DNA from: a virus | Reading direction: 5' to 3' (one strand) | Length of the DNA stretch: 64,000 nucleotides | Virus record (IMG/VR): IMGVR_UViG_3300034093_003283 | Shown: positions 8,451-14,878 of the stretch, one piece after another | Position numbering within the stretch: the first letter of the stretch is position 1 | Layout: the number at the start of each line of letters is the position of its first letter | Notes under the pieces: generated by a model | Told to the model about the DNA's origin: nothing | Database searches by the model: none | Seen by the model: the letters and a program-made list of their open reading frames with translations, nothing else | Translations under genes and position numbers: made by a program

Positions 8451-8525
8451 GCACCTATCGTCTATCGGTTAGGACGCTGCCCTTTCAAGGCGGAAAGAGG
8501 AGTTCGATTCTCCTTAGGTGTACCA
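8451..8525 (+). tRNA. tRNA-Glu(TTC)
   Basis: Cloverleaf, CCA. Confidence 0.92.
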
Positions 8526-8648
8526 TTTGTTTTGCTGATGTAAGCCATGAGGTAAACGTCAACCTTGAGTAACTCTGTATAGAAACGGTAATTGCTGCAG
8601 CTAATTCCGTTGAGCATAGCAAATAGTGCGTCAGCAAAACAAATGGTA
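8526..8648 (+). ncRNA. structured RNA closed by a ~20-bp stem
   Basis: TACCATTTGTTTTGCTGATG (from 8521) pairs with CGTCAGCAAAACAAATGGTA. Confidence 0.55.
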
Positions 8649-8654
8649 GTTTAT

Positions 8655-8729
8655 GGAGGTATAACTTAACGGCGAAAGTAGCTGGCTTTTAACCAGTAAA
8701 TCAGAGTTCGATTCTCTGTGCCTCTACCA
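8655..8729 (+). tRNA. tRNA-Lys(TTT)
   Basis: Cloverleaf, CCA. Confidence 0.92.
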
Positions 8730-8807
8730 TATAAAAACACATTTCAATAGTTTCGACTGTGATGGATAGTTTCTGTTTAGTACAGTATCCGAAGTGTGTT
8801 TCTATAT
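8730..8807 (+). ncRNA. structured spacer RNA closed by an AAACACATTT/GAAGTGTGTTT stem
   Basis: Same terminal stem as 7797-7888 with a different interior. Confidence 0.5.
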
Positions 8808-8900
8808 GGAGCAATTGATGCTATGGCGTGTGCATCGGCGGACTGTAAATCCGTCCCCTCCGGGTAAACAATCTTGGTTCGACTCCAAGTTGCTCCACCA
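8808..8900 (+). tRNA. tRNA-Tyr(GTA)
   Basis: Long variable arm, CCA. Confidence 0.9.
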
Positions 8901-8903
8901 AAT

Positions 8904-9085
8904 CCCGGTACTACTTCCGTTAAAGTAGCGTTTGATTAGCGATAGAGATCCGGTGGCAGAAGACCGTTAGCGGAGTAATCCTGAATCTGATAGGCAGAAT
9001 CTCACTGCACACAGACTCCGAATAAATGAGATGGACAGAGTAACTGCTCAATTAAGGGCTGGCGTGGAACCCAGTAGCTTATACT
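8904..9085 (+). ncRNA. unknown structured RNA
   Basis: Several hairpins plus crossing pairs CGGAGT/ACTCCG and ATCTCA/TGAGAT. Confidence 0.5.
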
Positions 9086-9090
9086 AATTT

Positions 9091-9165
9091 GGTCTCAAAG
9101 TGTTCATGGACGCACGTATGCCTGTCACGCATAAAGAAGGGGATCGTTACCCCTTGGGACCGCCA
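9091..9165 (+). tRNA. tRNA-Asp(GTC)
   Basis: Cloverleaf, atypical T-loop ATCGTTA. Confidence 0.88.
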
Positions 9166-9173
9166 AGTTTTAT

Positions 9174-9249
9174 TCCGCAGTAGCTCAGTCGGTAGAGTAG
9201 ATGACTGTTAATCATTTGGTCGGTGGTTCGAGCCCACCCTGTGGAGCCA
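9174..9249 (+). tRNA. tRNA-Asn(GTT)
   Basis: Cloverleaf, CCA. Confidence 0.93.
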
Positions 9250-9257
9250 ATTTTTTC

Positions 9258-9334
9258 CCGTGTGTAGCTCAGCTAGGTAGAGCTCTTGGTTTGGGACCAA
9301 GTGGTCGCATGTTCGAATCGTGTCACACGGACCA
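9258..9334 (+). tRNA. tRNA-Pro(TGG)
   Basis: Cloverleaf, G37, CCA. Confidence 0.92.
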
Positions 9335-9387
9335 ATTTCGCCTTTGTTGACGGCGTATAATAGGATAAGTTGTCAACAACAAATTTT

Positions 9388-9462
9388 GGGCTGGTAGTGA
9401 TAATGGGAGCACAGGGGCTTTGCAAGCCTTTAGTCGGGGTTCGATCCCCCGCCGGTCCACCA
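9388..9462 (+). tRNA. tRNA-Ala(TGC)
   Basis: G3:U70, CCA. Confidence 0.92.
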
Positions 9463-9467
9463 AATTC

Positions 9468-9542
9468 GGTTCAGTAGCACAGTGGTAGTGCAACTCCTTC
9501 ATACGGAGTAGGTCGTTGGCTCGTATCCAACCTGAACCACCA
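9468..9542 (+). tRNA. tRNA-Met(CAT)
   Basis: Loop TTCATAC, atypical T-loop CTCGTAT, CCA. Confidence 0.85.
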
Positions 9543-9546
9543 GTAT

Positions 9547-9622
9547 GGGTCTTTAACTCAGTGAACAGAGTACTTGGCTACGAACCAAGAAGTCGTAGGT
9601 TTGAATCCTACAAGACCCTCCA
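9547..9622 (+). tRNA. tRNA-Arg(ACG)
   Basis: Cloverleaf, CCA. Confidence 0.88.
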
Positions 9623-9623
9623 A

Positions 9624-9843
9624 GCCGTTCCGCTTTGTTAGCGGATACTGTGACCCACAGGATAGAAGTGAGGTGACTCTCACGGGTGGTAGTCTTTAAA
9701 CCGAAAGGCCGCTGGCAGTGCGATAACGGTCCTGGTCGGGAAGCGGGTGGAGGGTGTGTGTTACAAGGCGTTGAACCAAACGGGGAGCCAAGTAACAACG
9801 GTGCGAGCTGACACACTAAATTACCGCCGCAGGACGCAGAGCA
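9624..9843 (+). ncRNA. ~220-nt GC-rich, pseudoknotted RNA of unknown family
   Basis: Several hairpins, CC-GAAA-GG tetraloop, long-range GGTGGTAGT/ATTACCGCC pairing. Confidence 0.65.
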
Positions 9844-9848
9844 TTTAT

Positions 9849-9922
9849 ACCCCGTTAGCTCAAAGGTAGAGCACCCGGCTGATAACCGGGAGACAGAGGA
9901 TCGTTACCTCTACAGGGTACCA
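9849..9922 (+). tRNA. tRNA-Ile(GAT)
   Basis: Cloverleaf, atypical T-loop ATCGTTA, CCA. Confidence 0.85.
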
Positions 9923-9928
9923 AATTTT

Positions 9929-10002
9929 TTCTCGCTGGTGTAATGGCAGCATAGCGGTCTCCAAAACCGTTGGTTGGGGTTCGAGTCCCTAGCGGGAAGC
10001 CA
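9929..10002 (+). tRNA. tRNA-Trp(CCA)
   Basis: Loop CTCCAAA, G73, CCA. Confidence 0.9.
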
Positions 10003-10023
10003 ATTTTTATAAAGGTGATTGAT

Positions 10024-10512
10024 ATGAAAAAGTTCGACATAGAAGAAGTCAAAACATTCCTTGCAAAACAAGGACAAGATACCAAAGTGTACCTTGGTGC
10101 TGACTCTGAAAGAATTAGAGTTAACGGTGTTTGGTATGCTGATTATGCTTTGGCTGTCGTAGTTCATATTGATGGCCGCCACGGTTGTAAGATATTTGGT
10201 TATGTAGATAGAGAAATGGATTATGACCATAAGAAAAGTAAACCTGCTATGCGTCTGATGACAGAAGTATACAAGGTTTCAGAATTGTTCCAAAACTTGG
10301 CTGACGTATTAGAAGATTTTCATGTTGAAGTTCATTTGGACTTGAACAAATCTGATGAATTCGGAAGTTCATGTGTTGTGCAACAAGCAATAGGTTATAT
10401 CAAAGGTACATGTAACATGACACCGATGGTTAAACCAGATGCACCTGCTGCTAGTTTCTGTGCCGATAGATTGAAAAGAATCTTGGCCGAACAAGAAGCA
10501 GTGCATGTCTAA
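10024..10512 (+). CDS. RNase H-fold protein (YkuK/DUF458-like)
   Basis: VYLGADS, RLMTEV, EVHLD, VKPDAPAASFCAD. Confidence 0.75.
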   Translation: MKKFDIEEVKTFLAKQGQDTKVYLGADSERIRVNGVWYADYALAVVVHIDGRHGCKIFGYVDREMDYDHKKSKPAMRLMTEVYKVSELFQNLADVLEDFHVEVHLDLNKSDEFGSSCVVQQAIGYIKGTCNMTPMVKPDAPAASFCADRLKRILAEQEAVHV

Positions 10513-10543
10513 CAGACCTCCAAAGTAATTAAGTTTACTTTGG

Positions 10544-10619
10544 GCAGTGCTTAGTGTAGTGGTCTGCACCTCTCGCTGTGACCGAGATAGTATGAGTTCG
10601 ATCCTCATAGTGCTGCCCA
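10544..10619 (+). tRNA. tRNA-His(GTG)
   Basis: G-1:C73, loop CTGTGAC. Confidence 0.9.
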
Positions 10620-10629
10620 AAGTAAATTT

Positions 10630-10704
10630 GCCTTGTTAACTCAGCGGTAGAGTGTCTCCCTTACAAGGAGAAGGTCGGCGGTTCGATCCCGTCACAAGGT
10701 ACCA
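10630..10704 (+). tRNA. tRNA-Val(TAC)
   Basis: Cloverleaf, CCA. Confidence 0.93.
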
Positions 10705-10708
10705 ACAT

Positions 10709-10784
10709 GCTGCTTTAGCTGATGTGGTCATAGCGCTGGTTTGAAGAACCAGTGAAAGAGGTTCGATCCCTCTAGGCAGCACCA
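10709..10784 (+). tRNA. tRNA-Phe(GAA)
   Basis: Cloverleaf, CCA. Confidence 0.9.
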
Positions 10785-10792
10785 ATTATTAT

Positions 10793-10869
10793 ACCCAAGT
10801 GACGAAATTGGCAAACGTGTCTCTCTCAAAAGGAGAATTTTGTGGGTTCGAATCCCATCTTGGGTACCA
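10793..10869 (+). tRNA. tRNA-Leu(CAA) with short variable loop
   Basis: Loop CTCAAAA, variable region ATTTT. Confidence 0.88.
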
Positions 10870-10870
10870 T

Positions 10871-10944
10871 GCTCTCATAGTATAATGGCATTACACATCC
10901 TTGGTAAGGATGAAAACCAAGTTCAATCCTTGGTGGGAGCACCA
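10871..10944 (+). tRNA. tRNA-Thr(GGT)
   Basis: Cloverleaf, CCA. Confidence 0.9.
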
Positions 10945-11106
10945 ATATTTTTTATTTCATCCAGTACAAAAAGCTGTTGCCTTGTTTCAAAGGATGGTGT
11001 AAAATCATTGCTGTTGGTGAATGATTTTGTTTCTTGATATGATTCCAATTTATTGGCCATATCGTATAAATCTTTAACATAATTTTTTTCCATAGAAGTA
11101 TTTATT

Positions 11107-11183
11107 GCCCCGGTGACGGAATTGGTATACGTGTTGGTCTTAGAAGCCAAATTTTGAGAGTTCGAGTCTCTCCTGGGGCACCA
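11107..11183 (+). tRNA. tRNA-Leu(TAG) with short variable loop
   Basis: Loop CTTAGAA, variable region ATTTT. Confidence 0.88.
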
Positions 11184-11190
11184 AGTTTTT

Positions 11191-11260
11191 AGTTACAGTC
11201 AGTACTGTGGGAAGTACAGGTGGACAACACCAGGACAAGGTTCGAATCCAAACTGTAATT
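11191..11260 (+). ncRNA. tRNA-like RNA without CCA
   Basis: AGTTACAGT/ACTGTAATT closing stem, two hairpins and a GGTTCGAATCC T-loop. Confidence 0.55.
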
Positions 11261-11263
11261 TTT

Positions 11264-11338
11264 CTGGCGTTAGTATAATGGACAATACAGTAGGCTTCTA
11301 CCCTTCTAATGGGAGTTCGATTCTCTCACGCCGGACCA
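11264..11338 (+). tRNA. tRNA-Arg(TCT)
   Basis: Loop CTTCTAC, CCA. Confidence 0.85.
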
Positions 11339-11342
11339 GATT

Positions 11343-11425
11343 GCGAGTATGGTGGAATAGGTAGACACAAGAGACTTAAAATCTCTCGCTTCGGCGTACC
11401 GGTTCGATTCCGGTTACTCGTACCA
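11343..11425 (+). tRNA. tRNA-Leu(TAA)
   Basis: Long variable arm, CCA. Confidence 0.92.
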
Positions 11426-11443
11426 AGTATACCAAAATATTGG

Positions 11444-11472
11444 TTGACAGTTGAATAGAAAGCATATATAAT
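11444..11472 (+). promoter_or_regulatory. sigma70 promoter before tRNA-Gly(GCC)
   Basis: TTGACA-N17-TATAAT. Confidence 0.75.
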
Positions 11473-11481
11473 AACTCTATT

Positions 11482-11556
11482 GCGGGTATGGTGCTAGTGG
11501 TAACACAAGACCTTGCCAAGGTTTAGTTGTGAGTTCGATTCTCACTACCCGCTCCA
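11482..11556 (+). tRNA. tRNA-Gly(GCC)
   Basis: Cloverleaf, U73, CCA. Confidence 0.92.
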
Positions 11557-11561
11557 GATTC

Positions 11562-11635
11562 GCCCTATTAGTATAATGGTATTACACCTGTTTTGTAATC
11601 AGGTTACGGCAGTTCGATTCTGTCATGGGGCACCA
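11562..11635 (+). tRNA. tRNA-Thr(TGT)
   Basis: Cloverleaf, CCA. Confidence 0.9.
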
Positions 11636-11643
11636 AATAAGTA

Positions 11644-11672
11644 TTGACTACAACAGATTTTTAGTGTATAAT
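11644..11672 (+). promoter_or_regulatory. sigma70 promoter before tRNA-Gly(TCC)
   Basis: TTGACT-N17-TATAAT. Confidence 0.7.
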
Positions 11673-11681
11673 AGTTTATGT

Positions 11682-11755
11682 GCGGGATTAGTTTAATGGT
11701 AAAACAGCAGATTTCCAATCTTCGGTCATCAGTTCGATTCTGATATCCCGCTCCA
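11682..11755 (+). tRNA. tRNA-Gly(TCC)
   Basis: Cloverleaf, U73, CCA. Confidence 0.9.
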
Positions 11756-11761
11756 TTTAAT

Positions 11762-11828
11762 GCGGTCGTTATAGAACAGTTTAGGTGTCCAACTTAAGCA
11801 GTATGTGCGAATCATACAGGCCGCTCCA
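11762..11828 (+). ncRNA. D-armless tRNA-Gly(TCC)-like RNA
   Basis: GCGGTC/GGCCGC-TCCA acceptor, anticodon arm and T-arm, no D-stem. Confidence 0.6.
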
Positions 11829-11846
11829 TTTATTTTTGAGGTCATT

Positions 11847-12092
11847 ATGAACATCACACCACTTGCAAATAAAATTGTTATTAAACGAATCGAAGGTTCT
11901 AAGCAAACAGAATCAGGCATCATTCTACAGAGAACAGATGAACCTGATAGAGCAGAAGTTATGGCCATCGGTCCTGATGTTGATGAAGTTTCTGTTGGTG
12001 ATATTGTTCTTTTGGATTGGAATGCTGCAATGAAATCCGGCGACTACTATGTTGCCAAAATTGATGGCGTAGTTTTCGTATACGGAGAATAA
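11847..12092 (+). CDS. groES: co-chaperonin GroES (Cpn10)
   Basis: ITPLANKIVIK, TESGIIL, VMAIGP, VSVGDIV. Confidence 0.9.
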   Translation: MNITPLANKIVIKRIEGSKQTESGIILQRTDEPDRAEVMAIGPDVDEVSVGDIVLLDWNAAMKSGDYYVAKIDGVVFVYGE

Positions 12093-12093
12093 A

Positions 12094-12315
12094 ATGTCTG
12101 ATGGTGGTAAAGGTTCTAACCCAAGACCATTTAGTGTTTCACAGGAAACATTTGGTGATAACTTTGATGCAATCTTTCGTAAGCCATCACCAAAAGAAAT
12201 AGAAGATGCTAAAGCCGAACAAGAAGAATTCGATAGAATCTTAGAAGATAATCTTAAACGCACTAGGCATGAATTCGATAAAAACGTTATTATGAAACCT
12301 GAATTTTTCGAATAA
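12094..12315 (+). CDS. hypothetical protein
   Basis: GGAGA RBS; GGKGSNPRP...FGDNFDAIF. Confidence 0.7.
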   Translation: MSDGGKGSNPRPFSVSQETFGDNFDAIFRKPSPKEIEDAKAEQEEFDRILEDNLKRTRHEFDKNVIMKPEFFE

Positions 12316-12322
12316 ATATTAT

Positions 12323-12395
12323 AGCGGGTTGGTGAAACAGTATCACAGTGGGCTCATAATCCTCAGTTCCGGTGCAAATCCGTGACCCGCAACCA
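12323..12395 (+). tRNA. initiator-like tRNA-Met(CAT)
   Basis: 1:72 mismatch, GGG in the anticodon stem, CCA. Confidence 0.8.
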
Positions 12396-12396
12396 A

Positions 12397-13170
12397 TTAC
12401 TCTCTATACATATTAGATAAGAATTCTGCCTCAGGAATTCTAGTTCTTGTATTCTTACTACCAAGAACAACAACAATCCTATTCCCAATATTAGTGTCCA
12501 AGAATAATGTTATGCATCCACCAGATGCACTAATGTATCCTGTTTTACTGACAACAATATTTTGGTGAGTGCCAATCAATGGATTGGTATTACGAAAAAC
12601 AAACCACTTATTTTTAATTTGTATTTTTATTTCAGACTTACGGCTAGCGTATCTGATGTTGCCATAGAAACTCGCTTCTCTTGTAAGTTTAATTAATTGT
12701 CTTGCAGTACTAACATTTCGTGCATCTAATCCAGTTGGTTCATACACAACCGTATTTGTCATTTCCAAACTTCTAATTTTTTGGTTCATTGCTTGTACAC
12801 ATTCGACCAATCCACCAGGATAATGTTCACAAAGAGTTAGTGCAGCTCTATTGTCACTGGCTGTTATTGTTAGGTTTATTAATTCCAACCTAGTTAATTT
12901 TTGATTGTTTCTTGGTAACTTGTCGGCCAATTTTGTTGTCATTGTTATTTTTTCATCAACATTTTGGTTTGCATCTAAGACAACCATAACAGTCAACAGT
13001 TTTGTTATACTAGCAATTGGCCGGACCACATCAATATTTTCACCATCAATAATATTACCACGTATATCCGATATCAACCAGGATTTTGCGGTGATGGGTT
13101 TTGCTGAGACAACTTGTTGATTAAAAAGTATGGTGAAAAATAGCAAATAAGTAAAAATTTTGTATAACAA
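12397..13170 (-). CDS. D,D-peptidase (peptidase S11, PBP7/DacA-like), secreted
   Basis: Signal peptide; SITK, SDN and KTG motifs. Confidence 0.9.
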   Translation of the reverse strand: MLYKIFTYLLFFTILFNQQVVSAKPITAKSWLISDIRGNIIDGENIDVVRPIASITKLLTVMVVLDANQNVDEKITMTTKLADKLPRNNQKLTRLELINLTITASDNRAALTLCEHYPGGLVECVQAMNQKIRSLEMTNTVVYEPTGLDARNVSTARQLIKLTREASFYGNIRYASRKSEIKIQIKNKWFVFRNTNPLIGTHQNIVVSKTGYISASGGCITLFLDTNIGNRIVVVLGSKNTRTRIPEAEFLSNMYRE

Positions 13171-13195
13171 TCAAACACCTCATCAAAGTTTTGAA

Positions 13196-13486
13196 TCATG
13201 GTGATTCAATTTGTGGTTTACAAGCTCTAGCATTATTAAATGAGGTTGTGTATATGGATTTCTTTTCACCTTTTTGACTGGTGGTAACCAAACATTTGTA
13301 TTCACAGACTTGTAATCCTTTTTCATTCGTAAAACTCTTTTCCAATTGACAATAGTTCTTATCGTTAATTGAAGATGCTTTTGTATATATGATAGCATCC
13401 GGCATAAAATTTATATTGATGGTCGGATGAGTAACCATCAACGTTGCACTGGTTGTCAACAATGTAAAAAGTAATTTATTTTTCAT
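13196..13486 (-). CDS. secreted Cys-containing hypothetical protein
   Basis: Hydrophobic N-terminus, 4 Cys. Confidence 0.6.
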   Translation of the reverse strand: MKNKLLFTLLTTSATLMVTHPTININFMPDAIIYTKASSINDKNYCQLEKSFTNEKGLQVCEYKCLVTTSQKGEKKSIYTTSFNNARACKPQIESP

Positions 13487-13615
13487 CTATAGTCTTTGGT
13501 ATACCACCAAACAAAGGTCAATAGTCCTGATCCGACCAATAGAATGAATACGTAAAAGAATAAAATAAATTTACCAAGACCAACATTGTCAAATACCCAT
13601 TCTAAAAATGTGTAC

Positions 13616-14443
13616 TTATTTTTTTTCATCTGGTGTTATTAGTTTTTTGTTTTCTTCTTGATTTTTCTCATCAAGATATTTGATTGCTTGTAAAATTCTT
13701 TCGGTTCTTAATTGCTTCTCTCTTTCCAACTCTTGTTGGTATGTTCTTTGATGCAATTCTGGCCATCTTTTTTTCTTATCAAAATGTATCCAGGTAAACA
13801 AAGCACCCATTATGACAAAAATCATTATTATTCCAACAATCAATGAAATTTCCATTGAAAGGGCTTCCATTCTTTTTCTGCGTTTTGCCGCTTTGATTGC
13901 ATCTTCTTTTTCTCTGACCAATCTAGCAACTTTTTGTTCCTGTATAATTTGTCCACGCATTTCTTGGAATCGTGTCCACAAATCTTTTAGGTCTGCTGGT
14001 ACGTGATAAATCATTTGTTCACGCAATTCAACTTCCATCTGTTCAAGTCTGGAACGAATCAATACACGTTGCAATGCTCTACGGCTTAGTGATACATCAC
14101 CAACGTATACCTCTTTAGATTTCTTTTCTTCTTCATAGAACAATTCTTCAATCTTGTCCATAGCATCAAAGAATGTTCCCAATTGGTCTCCAATGACGGA
14201 CATAACATCATTTGGATCCTTCTCAATATTTGCTCTTGTTTCTTTTTTCTTTTGCTCAAACTGTTGGCGTTGTTCTTTGGTAGCCGGTTTGTTTTCATGT
14301 TGCTTGTTGAATTGCTTATCCAAATCGTCAAGCACACCCTTCACATCACCGGCTGCGCTTTTGATATCTTTGTAGAGTTGGCAACCTTTCTTTATGGCTG
14401 CCACAGCCCCATTTGCAAGGGCCAGGAGGGTTAACGGATCCAT
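13616..14443 (-). CDS. coiled-coil membrane protein
   Basis: MDPLTLLALANGAVAAIK N-terminus, one TM helix near the C-terminus. Confidence 0.75.
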   Translation of the reverse strand: MDPLTLLALANGAVAAIKKGCQLYKDIKSAAGDVKGVLDDLDKQFNKQHENKPATKEQRQQFEQKKKETRANIEKDPNDVMSVIGDQLGTFFDAMDKIEELFYEEEKKSKEVYVGDVSLSRRALQRVLIRSRLEQMEVELREQMIYHVPADLKDLWTRFQEMRGQIIQEQKVARLVREKEDAIKAAKRRKRMEALSMEISLIVGIIMIFVIMGALFTWIHFDKKKRWPELHQRTYQQELEREKQLRTERILQAIKYLDEKNQEENKKLITPDEKK

Positions 14444-14566
14444 CTTTTATACCATTTTTGTATTGACTTTATGACAAAACAATGATATACTACGATCTCA
14501 AAACACACTATATACTTATTTATATGGTATTCTTTTGTTTATCCCATATCCTATAAAGGTTTTATT

Positions 14567-14878
14567 ATGACTATAATTGTACTCAAACTCATCACCCACG
14601 AAGAAGTTTTAGGTGAAGTGAAATCCGAAACACCATCAACATTTACCTTATCTAATCCCGTAGCAATTGCTGTTGTGCGAGGCCAAGATGGCCAACCCAA
14701 TGTTGGATTTGCGCCATTTCCAACGCACGCTAACCATGGCAAAAATTCAACTATTGACATTGACAAGAAGAATGTAGTATACTACTATATTCCTGCTGAA
14801 GATTTTATTACAAACTACAATGAAATTTTTGGTTCAGGTATCATTCTCCCAGGACAAAAACAAATTATTACAGGTTAA
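14567..14878 (+). CDS. conserved T4-like hypothetical protein (Sm-like)
   Basis: LKLITHEEVLG...YNEIFGSGII; precedes gp43. Confidence 0.75.
   Translation: MTIIVLKLITHEEVLGEVKSETPSTFTLSNPVAIAVVRGQDGQPNVGFAPFPTHANHGKNSTIDIDKKNVVYYYIPAEDFITNYNEIFGSGIILPGQKQIITG

Noticed and set aside
8530-8600. Hammerhead ribozyme suggested by CTGATG and GAAAC
   Set aside because: The core reads CTGATGT rather than CTGANGA, and the required three stems could not be built.
7431-10230. ORF-track entries across the tRNA region, and antisense ORFs over core genes elsewhere
   Set aside because: They are shadow ORFs overlapping tRNAs or well-supported genes, without RBS or recognisable motifs.
10923-11150. Minus-strand ORF within the tRNA array
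   Set aside because: It overlaps tRNAs at both ends and has no clear RBS; it may be a gene remnant but is not supportable.
11264-11338. Possible amber suppressor tRNA (CTA) and stop-codon recoding
   Set aside because: The 7-nt loop CTTCTAC centres on TCT (Arg), and core genes are intact in the standard code.
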